A DNA stretch of 64,000 bases. Origin: Candidatus Doudnabacteria bacterium (lineage in GTDB: Bacteria; Patescibacteriota; Doudnabacteria; UBA920). The stretch is from positions 11,915 to 75,914 of the forward strand of contig CAWINB010000001.1 in assembly GCA_963837465.1 (NCBI GenBank). Direction: 5' to 3'. A program made the translations under genes and the position numbers. Of the stretch, positions 19,965 through 29,828 are shown one piece after another. Within the stretch, counting starts at the first letter, position 1. Every line of letters begins with the position of its first letter. The notes under the pieces were generated by a model that saw nothing but the letters and a program-made list of their open reading frames with translations, made no database searches and was not told the DNA's origin.

Positions 19965-21368
19965 ATGAACCAATATAAAGTTGGTTTCCAAAGCCAGGAT
20001 AAGGAAACAAGCAAATCTGAGCTAAAAATAGAAGGACAAATCCCGCAATGGCTAACAGGGACTTTGTTTCGGAATGGGCCGGCTAAGTTTGAGGCGGGGG
20101 ATCAGAAGTTAAACCATTGGTTTGACGGCTTTTCTATGTTGCATGCTTTTAGGTTCAAAAATGGGCAAATAAGCTACCAAAGCAAATTTTTAAACAGCCA
20201 CGCCTACGGAAAATCAAAAGCTAACGGTAGATTGCAGTATCGGGAATTTGCCACAGACCCGTGTAAATCTATTTTCGCCAAAGTTTTTACGGACTTTCAA
20301 AATAGTCTTACTGATAATGCCAATGTCAACATTAGCCGCTATGCCAAAGATTATGTCGCCCTTACCGAAACCACTTTGCCGGTTATTTTTGACCCACAAA
20401 CTTTGGAGGCAGCCGGGGTTTATGATTTTAAGGATAAAATCAAAGGCCAGGTTACTACGGCTCATCCGCATTACGATGCCCGAACCGGGGAATTTTTTAA
20501 TTACGTCGTAAAATTTTCCGCCAAAAGCGTTTACCGAATATACAAAGGGAACAGTGAAGCCAAAAGAGAATTATTGTGCGAAATTCCGGTAAAAAATCCA
20601 AGCTACATGCACAGCTTCGGCTTGAGCGAAAATTATATAATTTTAACGCAATTTCCTTTGGTAATTAACCCGCTTAAGCTGATTTTTTCCGGCAAGCCCT
20701 TTATAGAAAATTATCAATGGCGACCGGAATTGGGAACCGTTGTGACATTAATTAACAGAAGCTCCGGCGAAGTGGATGCCAATATTAAAACCGAAAGCTT
20801 TTTTGCTTTTCATCATATAAATTCCTACGAAAAAGACGGCGAAGTAATTGTAGACTTATGCGCCTATTCTAATCCGGATGTAATTCGGGCGCTATACCTA
20901 AATAATTTGACTGGGGAAAATCCCAGCGAGTTTCCTATGCCACACTTGCATAGGCTTAGCTTAAATTTAAAGCAAAATTTATGTAGCAGTAAAAAAATCT
21001 CCAATGTCGGCATAGAACTTCCCAGAATTAATTACCAAAATTTTAATACCAGGCCTTACAAGTTTGCCTACGGAGCTGCTTTTAGTAACTCAGACAGTTT
21101 TATTAATCAGTTGGTAAAAGCTGATGTTACGTCCGGGCAGAACATTGTGTGGCGGCGACAAGGGACTTTTCCGGGAGAACCTGTATTTGTGGCAAAGCCC
21201 GGTTCTCCCAACGAAGATGAAGGCATAGTTTTATCCGTAGTCCTGGACTCCAAAAGCGACAACTCTTTTTTGCTGATTTTGGATGCGAGCAATTTTAAAG
21301 AACTCGCCCGCGCCCAAGTTTCAAACCGTATACCTTTTGGCTTCCACGGGCAGTTTTATAAATCGTAG
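19965..21368 (+). CDS. Carotenoid cleavage oxygenase family protein (RPE65/CCD/lignostilbene dioxygenase).
   Basis: 468-aa ORF with the four-His beta-propeller signature regions (HWFDG, FHHINSYE, ...). Confidence 0.85.
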   Translation: MNQYKVGFQSQDKETSKSELKIEGQIPQWLTGTLFRNGPAKFEAGDQKLNHWFDGFSMLHAFRFKNGQISYQSKFLNSHAYGKSKANGRLQYREFATDPCKSIFAKVFTDFQNSLTDNANVNISRYAKDYVALTETTLPVIFDPQTLEAAGVYDFKDKIKGQVTTAHPHYDARTGEFFNYVVKFSAKSVYRIYKGNSEAKRELLCEIPVKNPSYMHSFGLSENYIILTQFPLVINPLKLIFSGKPFIENYQWRPELGTVVTLINRSSGEVDANIKTESFFAFHHINSYEKDGEVIVDLCAYSNPDVIRALYLNNLTGENPSEFPMPHLHRLSLNLKQNLCSSKKISNVGIELPRINYQNFNTRPYKFAYGAAFSNSDSFINQLVKADVTSGQNIVWRRQGTFPGEPVFVAKPGSPNEDEGIVLSVVLDSKSDNSFLLILDASNFKELARAQVSNRIPFGFHGQFYKS

Positions 21369-21377
21369 ATATTATTT

Positions 21378-21936
21378 ATGGCATTAAACGCGTTCATTTT
21401 TCACGGCACAGCGGGACATCCGCAAGAAAACTGGTTTCCCTGGATAAGGGAAAAATTAGAGGCCAGAGGACTTGAGGTTTTTGTGCCGCGGTTTCCTACG
21501 CCGGAGGGACAATCTTTAGAAGCTTGGCTTAAGGTTTTGGAACATCTTCGCGGTAAAATAAACCGGGACACAATAATTATCGGCCATAGTTTGGGCGGTA
21601 TGTTTGCCCTTAAGCTTCTTGAACTTTTAGAGCAGTCTGTAAAGCTTGCGGTTTTTGTCGCAACTCCAATTGGAGTTGGGGAAATAAAAAATTATGATGC
21701 CGATAAGGCTTTTGCCGGCTTTGATTTTGACTGGGAGAAAATTAAAGCAAACTCCAAAAATTTTATTGTCTACCATTCCGACAACGACCCCTACGTTTCC
21801 CTGGAAAACGGCCAGGAACTTGCAAAGCATTCTAGGAATTGAATTAACCTTTATCCCAAACGCCGGACACTTTAACAAAGCCGCGGGTTATTTAACTTTT
21901 GAAGATCTTTTGGAAAAAATCACGCCCCTACTTTAA
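21378..21936 (+). CDS. Alpha/beta hydrolase of the YdeN/RBBP9-like serine hydrolase family. Apparent 1-bp frameshift ~21830.
   Basis: FIFHGTAGHPQENWFPWI, GHSLGG nucleophile elbow. The C-terminal NAGHFN motif is in the +1 frame (ORF 21694..21936). Confidence 0.65.
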
Positions 21937-21983
21937 ATCACGAGTGCTTATTCGTACGAATAAGCACTGTAGCTTTAACAATC

Positions 21984-22005
21984 GGCAAACAGCCGATTTT
22001 TTGTT
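21984..22005 (+). terminator. Rho-independent terminator.
   Basis: atcggcaaacagccgat hairpin + T run, same motif as at 19928. Confidence 0.5.
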
Positions 22006-22069
22006 ATAATTGGGGAAGGTAATTAATCTTTTTATTATGTATAAAACAAAAGCGCGTAAGGATTGCGAT

Positions 22070-22690
22070 ATGCCGGGGGATAGCGAGCTTAAGGTTTTGG
22101 TGCTTAATGCGTCTTTAAAACATAAAGGCGGCGAGATTTCCAATACGGAAGAGGTGGCACAGATGGTTTTGGACAACATGCGGGGGAAAATCAGTTCGGA
22201 AATTATCAGGCTCGCGGACAAGAATATTCCGGTCGGTTTGGGTTTTAGGGAAAGTCCGGATGACGAATGGCCGGGGATTGTGGAAAAAATCAAGGCCGCG
22301 GACATTGTAATTTTCGCCACGCCAATTTGGTGGGGCGGTCGGTCCAGCTTAATGCAAAGAGTTATAGAAAGAATGGACGCCCTGGACGAAGAATACCGCG
22401 CCGACGGCAGAAGCGCGCTTTACAACAAAGTCGCGGGCATTTGCATAACCGGCAGCGAGGATGGCGCGCTTAGTGTTATGGGAAGCATTATGATGGTCTT
22501 AACCTGGATGGGTTTTACCCTGCCGCCGGAATGCTGCGCTTACTGGATAGGCGAAGTCGGCCAACCCGTTGCCACGGACCGCGAACGCAGACTTAAAAAC
22601 CAGGCCACCAAACATATGGCTATGAATATGGCCCGCAATCTGGTTTACTACGCGCAATTACTGAAGACACATCCGTTAAACCCTAAATAA
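22070..22690 (+). CDS. NAD(P)H-dependent FMN reductase / flavodoxin-like fold oxidoreductase.
   Basis: LKVLVLNASLKHKGGEIS... IVIFATPIWWGGRS pattern typical of the NADPH-dependent FMN reductase family. Confidence 0.75.
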   Translation: MPGDSELKVLVLNASLKHKGGEISNTEEVAQMVLDNMRGKISSEIIRLADKNIPVGLGFRESPDDEWPGIVEKIKAADIVIFATPIWWGGRSSLMQRVIERMDALDEEYRADGRSALYNKVAGICITGSEDGALSVMGSIMMVLTWMGFTLPPECCAYWIGEVGQPVATDRERRLKNQATKHMAMNMARNLVYYAQLLKTHPLNPK

Positions 22691-22697
22691 TTTTTTT

Positions 22698-22922
22698 GTG
22701 AATTTACCATTTTATATTTTAGTCCTGGATGCCAGGTCAAAAAGCGTCAACCCGCGAATCTTAATCCTGCGAAATTTCCGGGTTAAGGTTGTGGATATCC
22801 ATAATTTTGGCTGGTCGCAATTTCAGGACCTGCAAAAAACCTATGCCGCGGACAATTTCCATCCCAACGATTTAGGCTATCAAAACTGGGCAAGCGCCTT
22901 TATAAGCCAAATATCCCAATAA
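22698..22922 (+). pseudogene. Possible C-terminal remnant of an SGNH/GDSL hydrolase gene.
   Basis: Ends ...DNFHPNDLGYQNWASAFISQI, resembling SGNH block V (D-x-x-H-P-N...G). No upstream catalytic blocks. Confidence 0.3.
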
Positions 22923-23058
22923 TCCCGCTTATTTATAAGCCCTTGACACACCCATAATTACCTGTCATACTTGTTTGGCAGATACTTATGTCTAGAAAGT
23001 AGTCGAATTTCCCAATCATATTTAAATTTGCGATTTTATTATCTAAACTATCAATTCC

Positions 23059-23256
23059 ATGACTGGTGTAATTAAGAAAAAGACCGATAAAGGTTTTGGC
23101 TTTATTACCGTACAAGGCCAAGACAAAGATTTGTTTTTTCACAGCAAGTCTTTAGTCGGCGTAACCTTTGATGAACTCAACGAAGGTGACACGGTTAGCT
23201 TTGATGTCGAAGAATCCCCCAAGGGTCCTAACGCCGTCAACGTAAAAAGAGCTTAA
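23059..23256 (+). CDS. cspA: Cold-shock protein (CspA family).
   Basis: KGFGFI (RNP1) and VFFHS-like (RNP2) motifs, 65 aa. Confidence 0.9.
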   Translation: MTGVIKKKTDKGFGFITVQGQDKDLFFHSKSLVGVTFDELNEGDTVSFDVEESPKGPNAVNVKRA

Positions 23257-23261
23257 AGCTT

Positions 23262-23296
23262 TTAAAAACTCCCCTGCGAAGGGGAGTTTTTTGTTG
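23262..23296 (+). terminator. Rho-independent terminator.
   Basis: ctcccctgcgaaggggag hairpin + TTTTTTG. Confidence 0.6.
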
Positions 23297-23535
23297 GCTG
23301 TTTTTGTTTCGATCAGATTTTGATATTTGGCGGATTTTTGTTATAATTTAAACGTCTGTAATTTACCAGCTTATTTAAACTTACGGCTGAAATGATTAAA
23401 AACAGGAAAAAACTCGAAAAAATTATGGCCATTGTCATGGCTCTGGTAATACTCAGTATGATAGCGGCCCTGTTTGGCGGCTCATTTATTAACACAAACC
23501 ACTAAAGATAAAAATTATGGCCCATAAATTTTAAT

Positions 23536-24021
23536 ATGTTCAAGTTTGATTTGCTGGAAAATGAAGTGGTTAATAATATTTACCGCCAGAACGAGGTTAT
23601 CCTGTTTAAGCCTGTCCTGGTAGTCTTTGTTTCAATTTACTGCCCCTGGTATTTTTTGCTTAAGTATGACCTTGTCCTGACTTACGACCGACTGCTGTTT
23701 TTTTGGACCACCCTGGTTTTTTTATACGCCCTGAACAAATACCTGCTCTGGCTGGCTAATGTCTATATGGTCACAAGCAAGCGGCTTGTTTGCGTTCATT
23801 ACAAAAACCTGCTCAGTAAAAAAGTTTTGGAAGCTCCTCTGGACAAAATTTTAAATATCAGTTTTTCCAAGCACGGGTTTTGGCGCACGCTGTTTGATTT
23901 TGGCTCGGTGCAAGTTCAGGCGCCAGGCCTTCCGGAACCTTTGTTGTTAAAAGATGTCAGTCATCCGTCCCAGGTCAAGGATTTGCTTTGGAAGCTGCTC
24001 CAAAAAGTCCATTCCGGCTGA
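23536..24021 (+). CDS. Bacterial PH-domain (bPH_2/YdbT-like) membrane protein.
   Basis: Two N-terminal TM helices followed by a PH-like beta-rich domain (KRLVCVHYKNLLSKKVLEAPLDKI...). Confidence 0.55.
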   Translation: MFKFDLLENEVVNNIYRQNEVILFKPVLVVFVSIYCPWYFLLKYDLVLTYDRLLFFWTTLVFLYALNKYLLWLANVYMVTSKRLVCVHYKNLLSKKVLEAPLDKILNISFSKHGFWRTLFDFGSVQVQAPGLPEPLLLKDVSHPSQVKDLLWKLLQKVHSG

Positions 24022-24175
24022 CACCCGTAATTTTATCCACTTGCCATAAAAATTTTTCCCGCTTGGTTCTGCCGCTATCGGCTCAAACAGGGAATCTACG
24101 GCCGAAATGCAAAAATTTTGGAATAATGTATAATTAAGCAGGAATCTGTTTTTAAAATAAACTCCAGGTATCAAG

Positions 24176-24541
24176 ATGCCGTCAAAGCAAATTCTTTCTT
24201 CAACAGTCGGCCTTATAGCACTAACTCTGCTGCTGCTGTTTTTGGGAGATTTAAAATTCCGCCAGTACCAAAGCCAGAAGATTGTGGAAGCTCAAACCCA
24301 AAGTCTCCAGCAGCAGGCCGACGCGTTACAGAAGCAAAATGACCAGCTCAACCAGTCTCTTCAATATTTAAATTCTCCTGATTTTAAAGAGCAGGTGGCC
24401 AGGCAGCAGCTTAATTATAAAAGGCAGGGGGAAGTTGTGTATGGGTTTTCGGGCTCCGGGACTCAGGCAATCCAAAGCCAGCAGGCGGCCCCGGCGGAAA
24501 GCGACAGCCAAAAATGGTGGAATTATTTTTTCGCCGATTAA
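24176..24541 (+). CDS. FtsB/DivIC-like septum-formation initiator family protein.
   Basis: N-terminal TM, Gln/Leu-rich coiled coil, conserved C-terminal region (ARQQLNYKRQGEVVY). Confidence 0.6.
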   Translation: MPSKQILSSTVGLIALTLLLLFLGDLKFRQYQSQKIVEAQTQSLQQQADALQKQNDQLNQSLQYLNSPDFKEQVARQQLNYKRQGEVVYGFSGSGTQAIQSQQAAPAESDSQKWWNYFFAD

Positions 24542-24609
24542 AATAGGTTTATAATTATTAACAGTATTAAATCCGCAAGTCCCTTGGGTTTAAAAATTAA
24601 ATTTTTAAT

Positions 24610-26430
24610 ATGATAGACCAGGAACTGACAGACTATATCATGGCCGCCCAAAAGCACGGGTTGCCCGAGTTGCAAATTAAGCAAAATCTTTTGGCCGCTG
24701 GCTGGGACGCGGCTATGGTGGAAGAAAATTTTGTCCACTCTAAAGTTCTGGAAAATCAAAGACAGCCAGCCCAGGGCCATTCCGGCCAAAGCAGTCCGGT
24801 GTTTGCCCCCGCGGTTTTTACCAGTCCAAACAGTCAACCCCCCGACTCTGCTGGCCCGGCTTTGGGTTTAAGCGGTAACAATCCCCAAAGGCCAGCTTCC
24901 GGCAAATCTTTTTTTAAGCGGCCTTTGTTTTGGCTGATTGCGGCAGTAATTATAATTGCCTCGGGCAGCGCTTACGGTTATTACGCCTACGCTTATATGA
25001 CGCCTGCCAAGGCGCTGCAAAATTTAACCGCCGTGAAAAGTTCCTACCCCAAAACCGTCCAGGATGCGTATTCTTTTTCTTATACCGATAACTCGCTGCC
25101 CGGAGAGAACTTGTCCGCTTCGGTAAACGGAACCAGTTCAGTGGACAGTTCCAGCGCGGCTAATTTAAAAGTAAGCAACAACGCCCAGGTAAATGTGGGC
25201 GCTTATGGCTTTAGTTACAACATTCCCGTGGATGAACTGATAATCGGGAATGCTTTTTATATTAATTTGGGTAAAATTGACCAGCTCAAACCCTTTTTGG
25301 CGGGCCAAAACATAGAGTGGGTCAAACTGGATTTAAACCAGCTTCAGCAATATATCGGTCAGCAATCCGCCTCCGGCGCCAATAAATTTTCCCAGGCGAT
25401 TATTAACAACCCCCAACTCAAGGCCGGGCTGGCAAAAATTTGGTCCGGCGGAAATTTCCTTAGCCCGGGTACTTTTTTCGCGCGAGAAAGCATTAACGGC
25501 ACAGCTGTGTATCATATAAAACCTGTGATCAACACAGCTGAAATTATTCCGGCTTTGGAAAGTTCGCTGCAACTTATCAATTCGGCCGAAGGCAGCAGTT
25601 CGCCGGTTACTTTTACCCCGGATGACAATAAAATCCTGACGGCGGTCGTCAATAAGTTCCAGGTTAAAAGTTTGGATTTATGGGTAGGCCAAAAGGATTC
25701 TTTGTTATATAAAGTCAGCTTGGTCATGAATGCTCCCGGAGCGGCTGATTTTGCCAGTTCTTCGGCCATAGCCAGCGCGGGACCGTTGGGCGCGGCGCAA
25801 AGCAAATCCAGGGATGCCCTGCGTTTAAACGATATAAGGCAAATACAAACCGCTCTCCAGCTTTATCACAGCGATTTTGGCGGCTATCCCCAAAGCTTAA
25901 ACGGGCAGCCCCAAAATATGCAAAGCGGCGGCTACTTAGCCAGCTTCCCAACCGCGCCCGAACCTGCCGACGGCGCCTGTACCGACTATTTTAACGGCTA
26001 CTGGTACAAAGCCGCGGGAAAACCAAAAGTTGTGAAAGACCAAAATGTTTACCCTTCCTACACCCTGACTTTTTGTTTGGGAGCGGATACCGGCGGCTAC
26101 AAAGCGGGTATTGGAATGGTAACTCCAGGCGGAATAGAGGGTGATATTGCCTGCCCGGCCACCCCGGATAAATGTGTTGGTAATTCAACAATCGATTCGT
26201 CGTCCCAGGACCAGGCTATAATCAACGCCGTAAACAAAATGACGTTCAGCGGCCAACTCTCGGTCAATGTAACGTATTCGGATTACGGCAAGCCCGCTAA
26301 CATCCAAGCCCCGGCCTCGTCCACGGATTTAATGAGCTTGATAAAGCAGGCCATCCCAAGCTTTGGCTCGGCATCGTCATCGGCCCCTCAAGCAACACTG
26401 CAAATGAACGGCGGGAACGCGGGGCAATAA
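24610..26430 (+). CDS. Large membrane-anchored Ser/Ala/Gln-rich hypothetical protein with an internal pilin-like segment.
   Basis: N-terminal soluble region, TM (LFWLIAAVIIIASGSAYGYYAY), and at ~aa 390-420 RDALRLNDIRQIQTALQLYHSDFGGYP resembling the N-domain of type IV pilin-like proteins. Confidence 0.5.
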   Translation: MIDQELTDYIMAAQKHGLPELQIKQNLLAAGWDAAMVEENFVHSKVLENQRQPAQGHSGQSSPVFAPAVFTSPNSQPPDSAGPALGLSGNNPQRPASGKSFFKRPLFWLIAAVIIIASGSAYGYYAYAYMTPAKALQNLTAVKSSYPKTVQDAYSFSYTDNSLPGENLSASVNGTSSVDSSSAANLKVSNNAQVNVGAYGFSYNIPVDELIIGNAFYINLGKIDQLKPFLAGQNIEWVKLDLNQLQQYIGQQSASGANKFSQAIINNPQLKAGLAKIWSGGNFLSPGTFFARESINGTAVYHIKPVINTAEIIPALESSLQLINSAEGSSSPVTFTPDDNKILTAVVNKFQVKSLDLWVGQKDSLLYKVSLVMNAPGAADFASSSAIASAGPLGAAQSKSRDALRLNDIRQIQTALQLYHSDFGGYPQSLNGQPQNMQSGGYLASFPTAPEPADGACTDYFNGYWYKAAGKPKVVKDQNVYPSYTLTFCLGADTGGYKAGIGMVTPGGIEGDIACPATPDKCVGNSTIDSSSQDQAIINAVNKMTFSGQLSVNVTYSDYGKPANIQAPASSTDLMSLIKQAIPSFGSASSSAPQATLQMNGGNAGQ

Positions 26431-26472
26431 TCCGGAGAGCGCTAATTTAAAAGTTTTGGTTCGAATATCCTT

Positions 26473-27267
26473 ATGAAAATCGGCATTTTTGATTCCGGCT
26501 TGGGCGGCCTTGTTATAGCCAAGTCCATATTTAAGCGATTGCCGAAATATGATTACGTTTATTTGGGCGACACCAAAAATCTGCCCTACGGCAATAAGAA
26601 CCAGCGGCAAATTTACAATTTTACCAAACAAGCCTTGGTGTACCTGTTTGGGCAGGACTGCAAGCTGGTTATTATTGCCTGCAATACTTCTTCGGCCAAA
26701 GCTTTAAGGAAAATCCAAAGGGAATTTTTGCCCGAATTTTACCCGGACAGAAAGGTTTTGGGAGTGATAGTGCCGACTTTGGAAGCCGTACCGGGAAATT
26801 TAAAACGCGTGGGCGTCTTGGCTACTTTAAGCGCGGCCAAATCCCACGCTTATAAAAGGGAGCTAAAAAAGCTTAAGCCCGCAATAGAAGTCTATGAGCA
26901 GGCCGCTCCCCGGCTGGCCACTTTAATAGAAAAAAACGCTTTACAGGAAGGCAAAAAAAGCCTAAGATTGTACTTGGGGCCGCTTCAAAAAAAGCAGATT
27001 GAAGCGCTGGTTTTGGGTTGCACCCATTACCCGATTTTAAAAAATGAGGTGGAAAAAATAATGGGGCCCCGGGTAAAAATAATTTCCCAATCCGATATAA
27101 TCCCTCCCAAGTTGGCGGATTATTTAAGGCACCATCCGGAAACAGCGTCGCGGCTTTCAAAAAACGGCGCCAGTATTTTTGAAGTCACAAAGATCAACAA
27201 AGGTTTTCAGGAAGCGGCTGGCAGGCTGTTTGGGAAAAAACTAACATTCAAAGTTGTGAGCCTGTAG
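26473..27267 (+). CDS. murI: Glutamate racemase.
   Basis: IGIFDSGLGGL, ACNTSS, GCTHYP motifs. Confidence 0.9.
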   Translation: MKIGIFDSGLGGLVIAKSIFKRLPKYDYVYLGDTKNLPYGNKNQRQIYNFTKQALVYLFGQDCKLVIIACNTSSAKALRKIQREFLPEFYPDRKVLGVIVPTLEAVPGNLKRVGVLATLSAAKSHAYKRELKKLKPAIEVYEQAAPRLATLIEKNALQEGKKSLRLYLGPLQKKQIEALVLGCTHYPILKNEVEKIMGPRVKIISQSDIIPPKLADYLRHHPETASRLSKNGASIFEVTKINKGFQEAAGRLFGKKLTFKVVSL

Positions 27268-27308
27268 CCTGTTAATTGCCAATCATTATCCGTTCGCAGT
27301 TTCCCCGG

Positions 27309-27384
27309 GCCGGCTTAGCTCATCTGGCAGAGCGGCGGTATCGTAAACCGCAGGTGGTCGGTTCAAGTCCGACAGCCGGCTCCA
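27309..27384 (+). tRNA. tRNA-Thr (anticodon CGU).
   Basis: Cloverleaf: acceptor GCCGGCT/AGCCGGC, anticodon loop ATCGTAA, T-loop TTCAAGT, CCA encoded. Confidence 0.85.
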
Positions 27385-27444
27385 TTTTTTATCAACGGCA
27401 CCAAGGGCAACATAACCGCCAAACTTCTTTAACGATTCTAAAGC

Positions 27445-27993
27445 ATGAAAAAGTTTTTTTTAATCCCCGTTTTTATTTTATTGGCTTCGGGCTGTTCCCA
27501 ATCAGGCCAAAGTACTTTGACCGCGAAAGTTCCGCCGGCAGCCGACCAGCCGGCTACGAGTTTCCAGCCTTCGACACCTTCCATTCCAAAACAGAGACCC
27601 ATCGCGCTTTTGGCCACGATTAATGTCTCCGGTTCCACAAACACGCTTCCTTATAGCTTAAGTATTTACTCCGATGGCAGTATAGTCGCGGCTGCGCGGA
27701 ATGAAAAAAGCCCCGGCTTTCCCGCAAAAACAGCCGATGCCGGCGAGTTGCTTGGCTTATTGGATAAGGCAGGCAACATTACTAATGTTAAAAGCAGCGG
27801 AGAATGCGCCAAATCCGCTTCCTTTGGGACTGTTACAACCTTAACTTACAACGGCCAAACCAGCGGCGACCTGCAGTGCGTTTACGGCAACCCGCCATCC
27901 CAGTACAAAAACTTGGCTGATTTTATAAACTCCATTGTTAACAAAGCCGGCATTCGCGCTATGCGTAACCCGGTAACAATCCCCGGAACTTAA
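27445..27993 (+). CDS. Lipoprotein (hypothetical).
   Basis: Lipobox LLASGC after a signal peptide. Ser/Thr/Pro-rich linker. Confidence 0.6.
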   Translation: MKKFFLIPVFILLASGCSQSGQSTLTAKVPPAADQPATSFQPSTPSIPKQRPIALLATINVSGSTNTLPYSLSIYSDGSIVAAARNEKSPGFPAKTADAGELLGLLDKAGNITNVKSSGECAKSASFGTVTTLTYNGQTSGDLQCVYGNPPSQYKNLADFINSIVNKAGIRAMRNPVTIPGT

Positions 27994-28119
27994 AATTTAT
28001 TTAAAAATTCATTTTGGCCGTAATTTAAAAGCCCGTTTTAAACGGCAATTTATTAAAATAAAAAATTAACTCTTAGCGGTTTTTTAACGTTTTGTCAAGG
28101 CCGGCAAAAAATGCCGCTC

Positions 28120-28148
28120 TTGACAAATTGTGGTATTTTTCCTAATAT
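28120..28148 (+). promoter_or_regulatory. Sigma70-like promoter of the atp operon (TTGACA -17- TAATAT), preceded by a palindrome.
   Basis: TTGACA at 28120-28125, TAATAT at 28143-28148. Upstream IR ttgtcaag...cttgacaa (28091-28127). Confidence 0.5.
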
Positions 28149-28166
28149 TTAAGCGGAAATTCAGAT

Positions 28167-28427
28167 ATGGATGAAAATAAGCAACCCTATGATAACAACA
28201 AGGCAAAGGAAAAACAAAGAACCGTTGGTTTGCTTATGCTGGAAGCGGGCACTGAATTCGCCTTTTTGATAGCTGTGCCGTTAATAGCCGGAATTTTAGC
28301 GGGTAACTGGCTGGATAGTAAGTACAAACATCATTTTTTTATTATTATAGGAATTTTGCTTGGGATAACCATAACCTCAGTGGCGGTTTACTCCAGGGTA
28401 AAAGACTATAAGAAGATGCTCAAATAA
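28167..28427 (+). CDS. AtpZ/AtpI-like small membrane protein preceding atpB.
   Basis: 86 aa, two TM helices, located immediately upstream of atpB. Confidence 0.5.
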   Translation: MDENKQPYDNNKAKEKQRTVGLLMLEAGTEFAFLIAVPLIAGILAGNWLDSKYKHHFFIIIGILLGITITSVAVYSRVKDYKKMLK

Positions 28428-28428
28428 T

Positions 28429-29262
28429 ATGCTGTCACTCCCGCCGCTCGCGGCTGAACGAATTTTTAATATAGCTTCACTGCCCGTGACCAACACTATG
28501 ATTAACGCTTGGATCGCGACGATTTTTTTCGCCGTGTTCGCGTTTTTCTTAAATCTGGGCATAAAAAAATATTACCTGAACGACAGGGCGCCAAAGGGAG
28601 TGGTTAATTTTTTTGAAAGTATTTTGGAAGTATTTTTAAAACAGATTGATAACGTAACCAAGGACCGCCAAAAGACCTTAAAGTTTTTGCCGATCGTCGG
28701 CGGCATTTTTTTGTTTATTTTGGTCTGTAACTGGATGAGCCAAATCCCGGGGACGGGAAGCTTTGGATTATTCCGGGGAACAGACTTTATTCCCATTCTG
28801 CGGCCGGCCACCAGTGATTTGAACCTGACTCTTGCCATGGCCGTGTTCGTAGTCGTCCTTTCCCATATAGTCGGCGTGGCTACCATTGGATTTTTCAGGT
28901 ACGCCAACAAGTTTATTAAACTCGGGGATCTTTACCAGGCTGTTAAGTCTTTAAGTCCGTTAAAAATTTTTGTGGCTATGATTGAATTTTTTGTGGGGCT
29001 TCTGGAAATTATTTCCGAAGTTGCCAAAATGGTTTCGCTGTCTCTGCGTTTGTTCGGCAATATTTTTGCCGGCGAAGTTTTGTTAACGGTTATCGGGTCC
29101 CTTGTCGCGCTGTTTGTGCCGCTCCCGTTTTTGGCTTTGGAATTATTGGTGGGCATTGTCCAGGCTATGGTTTTTTCCCTGTTGACTCTGGTATACTTAA
29201 CCATAGCCACCACGCCGGCGCATCATACCGAAATACACGGGGTGGAGATGGAAGAAGCGTAA
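28429..29262 (+). CDS. atpB: F0F1 ATP synthase subunit a.
   Basis: LSLRLFGNIFAGE motif and multi-TM profile. Confidence 0.9.
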   Translation: MLSLPPLAAERIFNIASLPVTNTMINAWIATIFFAVFAFFLNLGIKKYYLNDRAPKGVVNFFESILEVFLKQIDNVTKDRQKTLKFLPIVGGIFLFILVCNWMSQIPGTGSFGLFRGTDFIPILRPATSDLNLTLAMAVFVVVLSHIVGVATIGFFRYANKFIKLGDLYQAVKSLSPLKIFVAMIEFFVGLLEIISEVAKMVSLSLRLFGNIFAGEVLLTVIGSLVALFVPLPFLALELLVGIVQAMVFSLLTLVYLTIATTPAHHTEIHGVEMEEA

Positions 29263-29267
29263 ATAAA

Positions 29268-29395
29268 TTGAACAAAATTAAATAAAATTGCCCAAAATTG
29301 AACATAATTAAGCTGCAGTCTAATTTTGTCAATTTTGGTCAATTATGCTCAATTTTGTCAATAATTAATCCCTCTTTGCAGGCAATAAGCAAACT
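29268..29395. repeat. Imperfect palindromic array of AAAATTGAAC / GTCAATTTT motifs in the atpB-atpE spacer.
   Basis: Left arm aaattgaacaaaatt...cccaaaattgaacat. Right arm gtcaattttggtcaattatgctcaattttgtcaataatt. Dyad axis near 29315. Confidence 0.4.
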
Positions 29396-29477
29396 ATCAT
29401 GCCTCTACTTGCAAGGCGGAAAAAAGGTGGTGTAGCGTGCCTATTTACGGGCTGCCCTGAAAAGATCCGGCCGGTAA

Positions 29478-29744
<267 letters not shown>

Positions 29745-29828
29745 GTTTTGGATTGGTATCCCGTAGCGCGACCAACTTATTGGGCGCGCTACGGGCTCCG
29801 CATTTGAAACTTAAAATAATAATTTAAG

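Noticed and set aside
21928-22320. 130-aa minus-strand ORF
   Set aside because: It is antisense to the well-supported FMN reductase gene and its upstream region. No motif is present.
27276-27623. 115-aa ORF
   Set aside because: It overlaps the tRNA-Thr gene on the same strand. The translation is composition-driven.
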